DNA of 64,000 nucleotides from Mytilus californianus (Eukaryota). The notes under the pieces were generated by a model, which had not been told where the DNA came from, did no database searches, and saw only the letters and a list, made by a program, of their open reading frames with translations. The position numbers and the translations under genes were made by a program. The DNA lies in the NCBI RefSeq assembly GCF_021869535.1, contig NW_026262679.1:101060001-101124000 (forward strand). The letters are read 5' to 3'. This document shows positions 38,660-51,582 of the stretch, piece after piece (within the stretch, counting starts at the first letter, position 1; each line of letters opens with the position of its first letter).

Positions 38660-38984
38660 CTTTCTACCTCTCCTTTAAAAAAAAATTTATAGTTATTTTT
38701 TTTGTCAAAACGATGTTGAAGCCTTGACTTCCGAGTTTCCGCTTGGCTACGCCACTGGAAAAGTAGTTCTAGGCACAGACTGTGTTCTAAAATGTACAAT
38801 GTTTGACTTATCTAAATTAACTGTCATATTAATTTTATTACCATGTATTGAGTGTATCTAACAGTTTTTGTAAATCATTTTCATTTTCAGTTAAAAAAAC
38901 CAACATCATCTGCATACAATAATATACAAACTTTTAGTGCTTCTCGTTTCTCGTTTTTATATAGATTAGACCGTTGGTTTTTCC

Positions 38985-39975
38985 TTTTTACATTCCAATA
39001 AATAATGAAATTCGTCTTAAATGGAATTTGTATTACAATAATTACATAATCTATCTTTCCTGTCAATATTATAATATCTTCCAGTCTCTATATTCAAATT
39101 ATGTGCACAAATACGGTATTTACAAATATAAGGTTTGAATATATAATTCACTTGTTTGTCTAAGTAAAATTGTAAAGTATGTGTACAAAAAATATATTTA
39201 TATAATTGACAATTGTTTGAGACTTCAAAGAAAGCATTTGCTTCGCATATAAATGTATCAACCATTCTCTCTTTCAATTGTCTCAGAAAAAAATCTACAT
39301 TATCTACCTTTTGACTTAACCAAATAAAGTTAAAGCCATATTTACCCAAAATATCTTTAATCTTACAGCACCAGTTCTGCTTATCATTTTGTTTTCTTTT
39401 ACAGCTACTAAACATTTCATCATAACAATTTTTCAATATGCAATTATCAGTACATAATAATTTTATCCAATATTTTACCATTCTATATTCTCTCTCTACA
39501 CACATAGGTATTCTACCCAGTTCACAATATACCATGTTATTAACAGTACACTTTTTTACTGTCAGTTTACCGTAACGTTTCAAAAAATACATATGAACCC
39601 TTTCAAAATCTGGTGCCTTATGATACCCCCGAATTTCACAGCCATAGTTCAAAATGCTTGCAACATAAGTTTCAAATAAAGTCAATAACGTTTCATGGTT
39701 ATAATAGTCATCCTGTATTTTATTAAACATACCTTATACTGCTTTTTTCCCTTGCTCTGACAATCTCTTTTGTGTATTAACAAAATTACCAGTGTAATAA
39801 AAAAGTAAGCCTAAATACATAAACTCATTACAAATATCAATTGTATCACCATTTAAAAACCATTTTTCTTCCTGTTTAGGCTTACCCCTATTTCTGAAAA
39901 TCACAATCTTTGTTTTTGTAAAATTAATTATATATAAATTGTTTTCATTTGAGTAAGTATTGTAAACTGTATCTC
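38985..39975 (-). mobile_element. LINE-B (CR1/L2-like) ORF2 3' fragment, pseudogenised
   Basis: NFTKTKIVIFR...YLGLLF...LFETYVASILNYGCEI...VYCELGRIP...HNLNIETGRY...LCNYCNTNSI*DEFHYLLEC, with a premature stop inside the CCHC motif. Confidence 0.85.
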
Positions 39976-42301
39976 AAAACCAGATTAATGAGAATACACT
40001 TGAATGTAAAAGGCCTTAAGCATGCAAACTATAGAGGAAATTAGTTAAGAGTATAAAATTATCAATTATTATAAGTATTAAGAATGAACAATGTGTGTCA
40101 CCAGCTGTCAAACATGATGTCGTTAATTAATTGATATAATTTGATATATACATGTCTATTTATTCATATTTTCCTTTTATATCAAATATCATTTTTCCAT
40201 CGGCAAAGTTTGCTACATAATTATAGTTGTTCCCGAAATAACTTGGCTACAGGCATATTAAAACTGAAAGTGCATGTACATATAATGGTACCATAACTTC
40301 ATATATTCTTTCCTAACGTCTCTGCTGTGTATAGATGCGTCTACGATATTCTTTTGGGTCCATATATGCACACTTAAGGTAAGATTAATGATAATTACAT
40401 GTATCCTGTTTACAAAATATAATTTTGAAAAATTGCTATGTTATACGATCAGAGCAACTCCATTTAAGACCGTAGTATAAATTTGCTTTTTCCATCCGGC
40501 CAAACACTAATTACATCATAGTTTTAAATATAAGAAATACGGAGATGTGATATGATTGGCAATGAGACAACTATCCACGAAAGACCAAAGGATGAAAGAG
40601 GTGAACAATTACAGGACATCGTTCAGCCTTAAACAATAAGCAAAACAAATACCGTGTAATCAGTTATAAAAGGTCCAGACATGACAATTTAAAAGAGAAA
40701 AACAACAACGGCCTGGTTTATTTTACATGATTTACATACGCTTAAACTGAGATATGAGGTGTATCATGTTAAAATATAAATAGGACAGCAACATAACTGC
40801 AGAAATAAGAACGGATAATAGGAGGTCAATAACACTAAATGATTGATGTTTAACGCCACTTTCAGCACTTTTGGCTATTTCGTGGCGGATAGTTTTAATT
40901 GACGGAGGAAGCTGGAGTGTAAATAACATAAATGTGCACTTTTACAATTAAACTCTACTAATAAATGCTATAAGTCAAGCAAAATATGTGAAAATCAAGA
41001 AACTAATACAAATAAAGAAGAGCTATGTTATTATTTGTTCATACGTCATGTAAATGTTTTTTCATACATCATAAATACAAAATTTATTCTTTGCGTGTGA
41101 TACGATCGGAAGATCGTATGTACTGTTCAATAAAATACCGTACACAAATATTGAGATGTCTTCAATATTCGCTCAAATACTTATCGTTATTTTTTTTTTC
41201 TTTGTGATGTCATATAGTTATGATAATAATTATACCAAATATGTCGAAATAATCATATTTGACCTACAATATAAAAAAAGGAGATGGTATGTTTGCCAAT
41301 GAGACAACTATCCACCAAAGTTCAAATAAAGTGGATATAAGCAATCATAGGCCTTCAACAATAAGAAAAACCCATGCTGTATAGTCGACTATAAAAAGGC
41401 CCCGACATGACAAATATAAAACAATTAAAAAGAGAAAAGTAACGGCCTAATTTATGACAAAACAATCGTTACGAAAAATAAATATGACAGACTTGAACCA
41501 ACGACAACCACTGAACTACTGGATCCTGACTTGGGGCAGTCACATAAAGAATCTGGCGGAGTTAAAAATCGTTGCCCAGTGTCTACATTTTAGCTTTAAG
41601 TATGGTAACATATTCTTATAGACAGATATTTTATACCCATTATCATTTGTGTATCATAGTCATCTTGTGGAAAAACGTATCTTTTTGGGTAAGGCTTACT
41701 TTTTAGTGGTTCTTAAACTCGACCGGCTTACACAGATAATGGAAATATACTCGATCAACATTTTGTCCATAGAACACATAGAAAAGCGTCTTTCAAAAAA
41801 AAAGGAAGTTATGATTGAACATTGGGTTCAAAAGCTGGCAGCTAAAACAAACACAACCACGTGTTACATGTAGAAAATTATAGTACAGTCTAGTAAGGCA
41901 GATTACGAAGTCTGACGAAGGAACGACAAAAGTTACTTTTCTGAAAGAACTTCTGAATTTTATGTGAGCATTGGTGAAAAAGTGTCTGTGGTTATAAACT
42001 ATAATTAGTACTTAAATGTACATGTATTTCTCTGATACTAATATACACATTTTCTTCTGTTTCAGGAAAAGTTATTGAAAATGGAAAATTCAAACAAACC
42101 CGCTATTTAGTTCAAACAAGAAATTTGTAAAATCCCAAATCGTATTAAACAAAACAGTGGATCACGGTTCCAAATCTATTGAAGGTATCCCAAAGATAAC
42201 TGCATTTACAGACAAAAGTATTAGTCAAAGAACAAACAAAAGAATTGGTGAATACTTGTCTCCCGTAACTCCTTTTTCAAAGTCAAATTACGAATACTCA
42301 G

Positions 42302-43753
42302 ATGCAATCCAATAAATCAAACAGAACAGATGTCCCATGTAAAAATGGCAAATTTCTTTGCACGACTTGTGGAAAAATTCTCAGAAGCAAATATGCTTTA
42401 TCAATTCATATGGATGGACATTCTGGATTCAAACGATTTAACTGTCATAATTGTGGAAAAAAATTTCGACACCATAGTGCTTTATTTGAACATTTGAAAC
42501 TCCATACTGGTATTAAACCATTTGATTGCGATGTTTGTGGTCGTAAATTTATAAGAAAGACCATATTGGAAACACACATGAAGACACACAACGGAAATCA
42601 GACTTACGAATGTAAATTTTGTTTTTCGACATTTTCCAATTCTGATTGCTTTAAGAAACATATCGTAAAGCATAACATGAACAATTTAAATAATGTTGAT
42701 ACAAGCGTAAATGTCTGTGACGCAGAGATAAACCAAACTATATCAAGTGACGCATTACTTAATGACAAAGATGGGGAACTCAACAACTTCGTAAATTCTT
42801 CCGAAATTAATGACCCCAATTGTGTCCCCCTTTTCATGAATCTTATGTATTGTAAGGAAACAAATTGTACCCCAAAAAAGAAATCATTTTGTACAGAAAA
42901 TATTTCAAAATCTGGTAAGAAAAAAGATGTACAAGACAAACAAGTAATATGCAACTTATGCGGGAAAAAGCTCAAAAGTTTAAAATCATTCTATACACAC
43001 AGTAAAATCCACACAGGTTCTACAATCAACTGCAGCATATGCAATAAAGATTTTACATCAAGACAGTGCCTTATCACTCATATGAGTATTCACACAGGTG
43101 ATCGGCCGTTCGAATGTCACGTGTGTGGTAAAAGTTTTAGTGCCAAAAGAACACGTGATGATCACATGATAACCCATACGAGTGAAAAGCCTTACAAATG
43201 TTCAGTTTGCAATATGACTTTTCGCTTCAGGAGTTCATTGAATAAACATAAAAAATTGCATGCAAAGAAAATCAATGTAGATTTGAATTTAAAATCTTGT
43301 GATGTTTGCGGTCAAGAATTTTCCAAAAAAGACATTGTAATTTCCCATATGAAAGAACATGCGGCAGACGGAATATACATACATATTTGTGAAATTTGTG
43401 GAAAACTTTTCAAGAGTAGAAAAATGTTCGGTTTACATGTACAGAAAAATCATGAAATCTATGATTTTCCTAATAAACCAAAACATCAGTATATAGATAC
43501 AGACAGAAATCATGAATGTGATACATGTGGGAAATGTTTCAAAAAGTCAGGGCATCTGAAAGTTCATACACGCATACATACTGCAGTAAAACCTTTTAAA
43601 TGCGATGTGTGTTTAAAGGCGTTTACTTCAAAATGTGATTTAACAAGGCATATTCGAATTCACACAGGAGAGACACCATACCAATGCCGTATCTGTGAAA
43701 TGGAATTCAGTCTAAGACGACAATATAATTGCCACATGAAGAAAAAACATTGA
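42302..43753 (+). CDS. C2H2 zinc-finger protein, 13 fingers in clusters of 4+6+3, 483 aa ORF in one exon
   Basis: Repeated C-x2-C-x12-H-x3/4-H with TGEKP-like linkers (TGIKPF, TGDRPF, TSEKPY, TGETPY). Upstream acceptor ttttcttctgtttcag at about 42066; AATAAA at about 43927. Confidence 0.9.
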   Translation: MQSNKSNRTDVPCKNGKFLCTTCGKILRSKYALSIHMDGHSGFKRFNCHNCGKKFRHHSALFEHLKLHTGIKPFDCDVCGRKFIRKTILETHMKTHNGNQTYECKFCFSTFSNSDCFKKHIVKHNMNNLNNVDTSVNVCDAEINQTISSDALLNDKDGELNNFVNSSEINDPNCVPLFMNLMYCKETNCTPKKKSFCTENISKSGKKKDVQDKQVICNLCGKKLKSLKSFYTHSKIHTGSTINCSICNKDFTSRQCLITHMSIHTGDRPFECHVCGKSFSAKRTRDDHMITHTSEKPYKCSVCNMTFRFRSSLNKHKKLHAKKINVDLNLKSCDVCGQEFSKKDIVISHMKEHAADGIYIHICEICGKLFKSRKMFGLHVQKNHEIYDFPNKPKHQYIDTDRNHECDTCGKCFKKSGHLKVHTRIHTAVKPFKCDVCLKAFTSKCDLTRHIRIHTGETPYQCRICEMEFSLRRQYNCHMKKKH

Positions 43754-44573
43754 AGACTATTACCAGTTCATAAACAAATAGGTTAAAGTATATATAATGT
43801 CTTTATACTTTTTAAAAAGACTGTGAACGAAATTAAAATATTGATGTGATCACAATTTAATAATAATGTTCTTGGTGAGATGAAGGGAGAGGGAGGTATA
43901 CCGCAAGCTTCAGCAATGTTTCAGAAAATAAAAATAAATCAACTCCTTCAAATCTTTTCTGTACGTCAGCATGATTCATATTATAAAATAAAAAGATGTA
44001 GTAATACCCGGTAACTTATTGTTTGTTATAGATTCTATTTTCTATTTGTCCATGGTCATTGATTTTACTAAAAAGATATAGATATGAATCATATCTTTCC
44101 GTATTATAGTACTGAAATTGTGAACTGAAACGCTCATTGTAGAATCAAAGTACTGAAGTACTGAACATCGGATGACTGTAAGTTCTTGTGGATGGTCACA
44201 GGCACTTGTCTCAGAAAAAAAAATCACATCTCTATGTACCTGAAAGTGAGCTTAATGTACAGATATAATTTTTTTTTCTTAGACAAGTTCGTGCGTGGAT
44301 GATAAATAAATAACAGGGAATTCAACCTTACCGTAATAAATATGATATTGAAGTGATACAAATCAGTATTCTCTTGTTGGTTGTTATATATTATATTAAT
44401 ATTTGTATATTACGGTTACATATATATATAATTTTCATCCATTTGTATATCATTCTATTCTACTATATTAATAAAAGTGCAGTGCAAGTGAATGGTGGAC
44501 ACTCTTCTGTAATAGTTCGATTTTTCTAATAGATTGGATTTGAGTAGGTATTCATATTTTCCTGCCAAACTTT

Positions 44574-44641
44574 CAATCTCCCATGCAGAGTTATCGGTCT
44601 TTGAGAGAGAGTGAGGACCGATAACTCTGCATGGGAGATTG
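44574..44641. repeat. Perfect hairpin (26-bp arms, 16-nt loop)
   Basis: caatctcccatgcagagttatcggtc / gaccgataactctgcatgggagattg. Confidence 0.9.
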
Positions 44642-45333
44642 CAAACGTTCTTGAGATATTCTTCCGCATGCGTTAACATTCATTTTCTGTACGTGTGCAT
44701 AGATATTAAAGATTTTATACCTATATATATATTTCTAACGACAAAACATTTTCATATTATTAATTTATGTTCTAAAAAAATATTTTTAGGAGTATCCATT
44801 GAAAAAATGAATTTCTAACAAGCGATAAGGAATGTTATTTTGCACTCGATAATGTCCGCGTATTTATCATGTTTATAAGATCGGTTACAATCCCAATACG
44901 AAAATTACGTAATTGAAATCTAGGCGACAGCAACACACCGGAATGCCCTCACGGCCATCAGATGTAAAAAGTAAAATCGAGCACATTCAATTTACATTAA
45001 TGTTGGACTCTATCAAACAGACAGATGAATATGTAGTTTTAAAACGTTCTCGTATGGTTTTATCATTCAGTTTTTATTAGTATGTACAGAGCCTTTCTTT
45101 TGTACAAAAAGCCTTAAAAACATGTTATTCATCATTATGATCTCTTGATGTCACCACATATTTTAACATATTTTTGGGGTACATGTAACACTACTCAAAC
45201 AAACTAAAGTAAGCCTGTCTTAAAGATGTTAAACCGCGAATTTAAGTACAGATTGAAAGATTTTTTTTAAATGGCAAAGGGGTTAAAACAAATTCTTAAG
45301 AAACTGTCCCTACTCATTTTCTTTTAAAATTCA

Positions 45334-47697
45334 TAATAGAGATTTACATTAAGTGTATGACTCCGACTCGAGTTCGAATACGAGTCAGAGTAAGACAGGT
45401 TAAATGACGGGGGCGATCTCAAAATGATAAAATTATTGTAAACATTGTACTTTAATCATTATAGGATTAATTAAAAAGTTGATTTCAGCGATTGAAAAAC
45501 AATGACTACAGCAAACTTTAACTATGGCTTTAAGTTTGTGACGAGGAAGCCTCCAACAAGTTCCAATGACTTTATATCATTTCAATTCGCCAATAACATG
45601 TTTAACGGAAACTCATTATTTTGCAATGAGTTTGTTGAGCCTCCTACCCTTTCTCTTTTTTTCTGTATGAGCAGTAGAGGAACCAAACTTAAAATAATGG
45701 ACAATAGAGATATAAATTCAGGCGATGCTTGGCGAAAGCTGAAGAAATTGCGACAGCTAGAACTGCAGACAATATTTATGATGCCCTTGCAAATCTTGAA
45801 GCTACAAGAAAAGAAAACCCCCGAAAAAAAGAAACAAATAATAATGCAACTGGTTTGCAGTAACAACGAAAGATATGAAGCATTTATCACAAAACAGGTT
45901 CCAAAATTGTTTAAAAGCCTCGGAGTTGATTTAGATTAATTTAGAAGTGATTAGACTGCTTTGGTTCAATGATGTCAAAATTATGAAAACAACAAGAGTG
46001 GCGAAAGATACTACGGGGACATTCAAATTAATAAGTTGAAACTAAACTAACAACGCCATTGCAAAAAACGAAAAAGACCAAAAGACAAACAACAGTATAC
46101 AAAACACAACAAAAAACTGAAGCAACACGAACCCCACCAAAAACCTGGGTTGATCCCAGTTGATCTGGAAGGGTAAGCATATCCTGCTCCACATGTAGCA
46201 CACGTCAAACAATCATACAGAAAACTTAATATAAAAAAGAAGATGCGGTATGATTGCCAATGAGACAACTCTCCACAAGAGACCAAATGACACAGAAATT
46301 AACAACTATAGGTCACCTTACGGCCTTCAACAATGAGCAAAGCCCATACCGCACAGTCAGCTATTAATGTCTATTCCAAAAATAAAATGAAATTTTCGTT
46401 GCTTGTATGTACAATTCTTGCCAGATTTTTATAGAATGTATATCAAAGGTTTATATCAGTGTTGATCAACTATTTTTAAAGAGAGATGTCTCTTGGAAAT
46501 ATAAATTTTATAGAAAAATGCATTGTAAGTGCTCTCACGTAAACAATTCTTGCCAGGTATTTATGAAATTTGGTATTGCCCTTGGACTGATAAAATATGT
46601 GAAACGCGAGGGACCTTGAAATTCTTTTCTTTTATCCTCATAAAAATCTATGTGAACAGGAATATGCATTACAATTCACTCGCAGCTTAAAAAAAAAAAC
46701 AAAACAAAAAAACAAATATTCCTAATCCAAAAAGGTTTGATACAATTCGCAATTATTTAATTGAAAATGTTTATCCTATCCTCCATGACCATACACAATG
46801 GTAACAAATAGCCCCAAGCAAAAAAGTAAATTAAAAAAACTGAACAATAGAATTGTTGTCTGGTGTATGTCGTGTATGGCTGATGAAATAGATCAAGCTA
46901 TTCCTCTTGACGAGGATCACCACTCTGTATGAGCTGTAGAGGAACATGAACTTCAAACAATGGAGAATGGGCCTGACAATGGAGATGTAAATGCAGTCGA
47001 TGCTACATCGAAAGCTGAAGAAATTGCAACAGATAATGCTACAGCCAGTACTGCAGATGATATTTATGATGCTCTTGTTAGTTTTGAAGCTACAAGAACA
47101 CCCCCGCCCCTCCCAAAAAAAAAACAAAAAACAAAAAAAGAAACAAAAAAAGAAAAGAAACAAAGAATTTTTAATCCGCACCAGATTACACCTCTGCCAA
47201 ACGGAAATATTTATATTAATATAGCACTTAAGGGGCTCCGTATTATTCTCCAAGACTATGCACAGTGGAAACAAATAGTATAAAAACAAAAAAATAAATA
47301 AATTTAAAAAACTTAACAATAGTATTATCTAATTCCCTTTTAATTAATTTATCAGTCATGAAAGGGCATTTTTTAAACTTGAAAAGTATAGTTTTTTTTA
47401 ATGTAATCGATAAAAGTTATCATATAACTGGAGCAATAATATTTGTTGTAAAAGTTTTTAAATTCAGAACATATATGTTAGCGAGCTTAAATGAAAAAGC
47501 GCTTTCTACCTTTCAGTTAAATAAAAAGTCAATTAATTTGATAAATGGTTTTGTCGTATCACCACACAAAGATTGAACACGTTAAAATTAATTAGCGTAC
47601 ACATTATTTTGCGATCACCCCTATAGCTTACCTGTATGATTTGTAGTGGTACTCGGATTCGGACTCCGAGTCTGACAGTAATTGTAAATCTCTATTA
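45334..47697. mobile_element. About 2.35-kb TIR-bounded element of unassigned superfamily with an internal tandem duplication
   Basis: 15-bp perfect terminal IR taatagagatttaca / tgtaaatctctatta, extending degenerately about 90 bp. The internal segment at 45640-45850 resembles 46925-47110, and 46775-46860 resembles 47240-47330. Confidence 0.6.
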
Positions 47698-48897
47698 ATA
47701 GTAGGTCACTCGACACGAAATGTGAATTCGGCATGACTATCCAATGTACACTAAAGAAAAATGGATAACTAAGAGGGAAAAAAGATAACACCATTTGCCC
47801 TAGCCACTAGTCGGTCGGAGTATAAAAATCATGAGAAATGACAAACGTTAATCATAAATGTATAAGATTGAACTGGATATCAACTTTCTAACTTAACTTT
47901 TAATCTCATCCTCGACTGCATTTGGCCTTTCAAGTTCAAAGATTTAAGAAATATTCCAATGCGTTTTAAAAATATCAATTTCAAAAACTTAAATATGGCC
48001 GCTGCATTACACGTGCTTTTCTATTGGGCTCAGTGATAATGCATATATCATTATATATTATAAATCCAAAGTTTGGTTTAGATCAGGGGCCGGTTTAACG
48101 TGCTATCCTAAGACCTGTCATAAGATATATCTCCGGACATATCTGAGACCTCGCCTCGAAGCTGTCTTAAGTTGATCTTAGCAGAGATGTCCTAAACCTG
48201 TCGCAAGTTAAAAAAAATAACATGGATTTATGGAAAAATTCATGTAAATGAAGTATGTGTTTCCCATAAATGACTAAACGTATTGATTAATATTTCATAA
48301 TAAGATAATTTGCAAAATTTATATACAAAATAAGTGTAATTTATATAAATAATCTATTAATAGTTCTGTACACCAGTAAACATATGAAAATTCAAATAAA
48401 AAATGGAGAAAAAAAAAAATGAAACAAATGATGACAATTTTATTGTACAAGTGAGTTGAATTCAATTTGTGACTGTATCGGTTATAATAAGGTTAACACT
48501 CTTGATGCCAGATTTAAAAACATCAACGTTATGACGTTGCCAATAGCACAGTGCTTAAATAAGATGACTATGTAGATTTCAGAGCCATACCCAAAAACAG
48601 ACGTTCTTACCAAGTTATTAATGAAAATATCTAAAAAGGAGATATGCTTCAGTTTGAAGCCTGAAAGTAAAAGATTCAAACATAGTTATCGATATCGAAA
48701 TTTACCAAACTGATGTCTTCTGAAAACCTGAAAAATGTTATTTGATTTCATTCATAATGAATTGTAATCTTTTAAGTATTGCAAATCTGTGCTCACATTA
48801 CACAACAAACTGATTGTATTGATATTAGTAAAATAAAAGATTTTCACGGACGTTCGTTCAACATCAAATTCTATTTATTTGACTTGTAAGTATACTA

Positions 48898-48996
48898 GGT
48901 TAGACAATACTTGGTCATATTTTATGAAGATTTAAAGCCCAAGGCGTAGCCGAGGGTTTTAAATGTTCATAAAACATGACCAAGTATTGTCTTACC
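48898..48996. mobile_element. Foldback mini-element
   Basis: Arms agacaatacttggtcatattttatgaagatttaaa / tttaaatgttcataaaacatgaccaagtattgtct; centre caaggcgtagccgag. Confidence 0.8.
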
Positions 48997-50280
48997 AATT
49001 AAGAACATATTCACACCTTCGAGTGACCTTACAAGATCATTCTTTCCCCTTGTGATATTCAAACCTTAAAAAGAATTCACCTTTTATAATGAAGCGTTAA
49101 CTTGGTTAATGAAAGGAATGTTTAGCACATACTTACAACTTCTCGTCCAATCAAATTGCTTATATTTGCCTTCTAATTTTCATAGTACATACTTTTCCTG
49201 TGTACTAAGTAACTACGCATGAATGACCACAAGGGTAAGATTTCATTGTATCGTAATCAAGATATTTAAAACAAAAATTGCCACTGGCTATTTTGAAATA
49301 AAATGCTGTGTTCCAAATTAAATTAAATAGTTTGTAATTAGTTTTCACGTTGATTTTTAAATATCCTGCTATTAAAATCTTTGGATTTAAAAAATGTTTT
49401 TGACAATTGCAAATTTCATCATTTAAATAAAGGGTAATACATATGGTTCTTTATACCTTGATTAGAGTACAACGATATCATAAAATTATGATAATGTATC
49501 ATCCATGCAATTACTTTGTACACAGAAAAGTGTGTACTATGAAACCTTGTGAAGGAAAATTAAAGCAACTTGGTGATAATTTTTTAAACTTTCTTAAGGA
49601 AGGTGATCTATTTCGTCATGAATTGATTGATTTATTGATTATTGGTTGCTTAATGTCCAGTGGCAAATATTTCATACATGTTTAGGACGATGTCATGAAT
49701 TGAAAAACTGTGATTATGTCTGAAGATAATGTGCCACCTATATATATATATAAACATATTCTGATAAATCTTTTAGTTTTTACTTTGAAATAATAAAAAA
49801 AAAACAACACAAAACACAAAACCTATAATCTCTGATCTATTGGTAGTTGCTTTTTAATGCCTATCTGCTAGACTATATCTATGGGGACAAACTATCTATA
49901 TGTTTCAAATTTATTATAGCTTTAGTTTTACTGTGAAATTAAAAAATGTTTTCAAAACATGTAAAGCTTCCACTGCAATTTAATTATTGCCTGCTTTTGG
50001 TCAATTTATTTGGTCATCTTACCATGTAAGAAGAACATGTATAGTAAAACACCGCTTTATATCAGTATACATACTTACACCAAAAGCTACCATCTTTTCA
50101 TTCTGGAGTGAAGGGCCTTTTGAAATCACATATTTTACAATGATACTAGTGAGTAGATTTACAAAACTTCGTTAATGAGCTCCGTTTTACAAACACCTGT
50201 GATACAAGTAGTCAGCCAAAATAAACTATCAATAGACCAATTAAAAGATTACTTGAGTTGTAAATATGTGCTAAATTGGA

Positions 50281-50370
50281 TAGTCTATGGAAAGGTATAT
50301 ACTATGAAATTAAGAGCTCGGGGCAAGCCCCTCGCTCTAAATTTCATAGTATATACCTTTCCATAGACTA
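50281..50370. mobile_element. Foldback mini-element
   Basis: 37-bp arms with 1 mismatch (tagtctatggaaaggtatatactatgaaatt(a/t)agagc); centre tcggggcaagcccctc. Degenerate relative at about 51790-51845. Confidence 0.85.
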
Positions 50371-50814
50371 ACCTAGACATAGCATATGTAATGGTCATTT
50401 CAATGGATGGAATGAAATAGCACTGACATAGTTTTGTGAGGACAAAAAGGATCAATTGTTCAAACATTGAGTTTTTCTTCTGCTTCAGATAAAATTTAAT
50501 ATTTATATATCTTAAATTTCTTATTTACAAAAAGCACATACAATAATTATATAAATCAGCTTTCTCCAATTTATTTATTTTTTGGTTGTAATAAAACTCA
50601 CTCTTTAAATATTTGAATTACGACCATTCAACATCAGATGCTTACTTTCTATCGATGAATGTACATGTATTGTTTTTTTCTTCGAAAAAGTTCCTTTGCT
50701 TTATATATTTGCAGACTGACATTGTTTTCTTGAGAAAAAAAATTGACCCTTATGTCTGGTGTTACAATTATTTTATCTACACCTTTGCCCCCATTTTTTT
50801 TTGTTTTGTTCCAT

Positions 50815-51582
50815 CGGCGCGGGACGTTTGCGCTTTTTCGTAGGACATTTGTGCTTTTTTAAATGGACATTTGCGCTTCAATTTATAGGACATTTGCGCT
50901 TTTTTTAAAATGACATTTGCGCTTTTTATATAGGACATTTGCGCTTTTACAATATATGATTCTTGTGACTCCCCTCTTTCTTTTATCCGGGCTTATGAAG
51001 TCATAATTTTCTTTGTAGTTAAAAGTTTAAATAGTCATTTCATAGCACATTCGTGTTTAAAAGTTATTTCATAGCACATTGATATAGTTATATATTATAG
51101 CTAAAAGTAAACATTCTAAAGACAATAAAGACACGTATAGTCTTCACAGGCCAATTTTCGCTTGATATCTGAAGCCCAAGGAATGAACTTTAGCTCTTGT
51201 TATCTGTCCTGACTGGTATTTCGCCCATATTCAATAAATATTCTAGTTTCTCTTTCTCAATTCTTGCCTGATGTGCCTGTTCATCAATATAACGATTTTT
51301 AATAGAAATAACCGACTGTTATTCAGTGATAAAATCTATTGTGACAAAAGTCATATACATTTTTCTCGTTACTTGTCTCTGTAACTTTGAACTCTATGTT
51401 TAAGACTGTGTCAATGTAAACTAACTAGCGACAAATATTTTCAAATATAATTTGATTTTTTTTACTTATAATGATTACAACTCATTAAAATTACAGGTAG
51501 ATGACTAAAGGTAAAAAGCGCAAATGTCCGGTCAATTTAATACAGGTGTAACAAAATCTAAAAGCGCAAACTTCCTGTGCCC
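50815..51582. mobile_element. Non-autonomous TIR element with 8-bp TSD (TGTTCCAT) and subterminal GGACATTTGCGCTTTT repeats
   Basis: About six direct repeats at the left end, two inverted copies at the right end, degenerate TIRs, and an identical 8-mer on both flanks. Confidence 0.6.

Larger units (their letters stand above)
36914..38757 (-). mobile_element. hAT-derived non-autonomous element with a transposase C-terminal remnant, 12-bp TIR CAGTGGCGTAGC and 5-bp TSD GAAAA
   Basis: gaaaa|cagtggcgtagc ... gctacgccactg|gaaaa. Contains nested repeats and a MITE. Confidence 0.88.
35683..38934 (-). mobile_element. LINE-A (CR1/L2-like) 3' fragment, from RT YADD to the CCHC C-terminus and 3' tail, split by a hAT element (36914-38757)
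   Basis: ILLYADD at 38905-38916; DKSNIVHFRTQSVPRTTF|PFLLNGNKIDTVSHYNYLGL; YGDMGWMP; FRCGVAPIRIETGRY...CFNC...EKHVLLQC; (TCTTG)n tail. Multiple stops and frameshifts. Confidence 0.85.

Noticed and set aside
39017-39730. 237-aa ORF as a host gene
   Set aside because: It is a LINE ORF2 C-terminus with stops on both sides, including one inside the CCHC motif.
46831-47319. Hydrophobic 162-aa minus-strand ORF
   Set aside because: It is the antisense reading of A-rich sequence, with no membrane-protein motifs.
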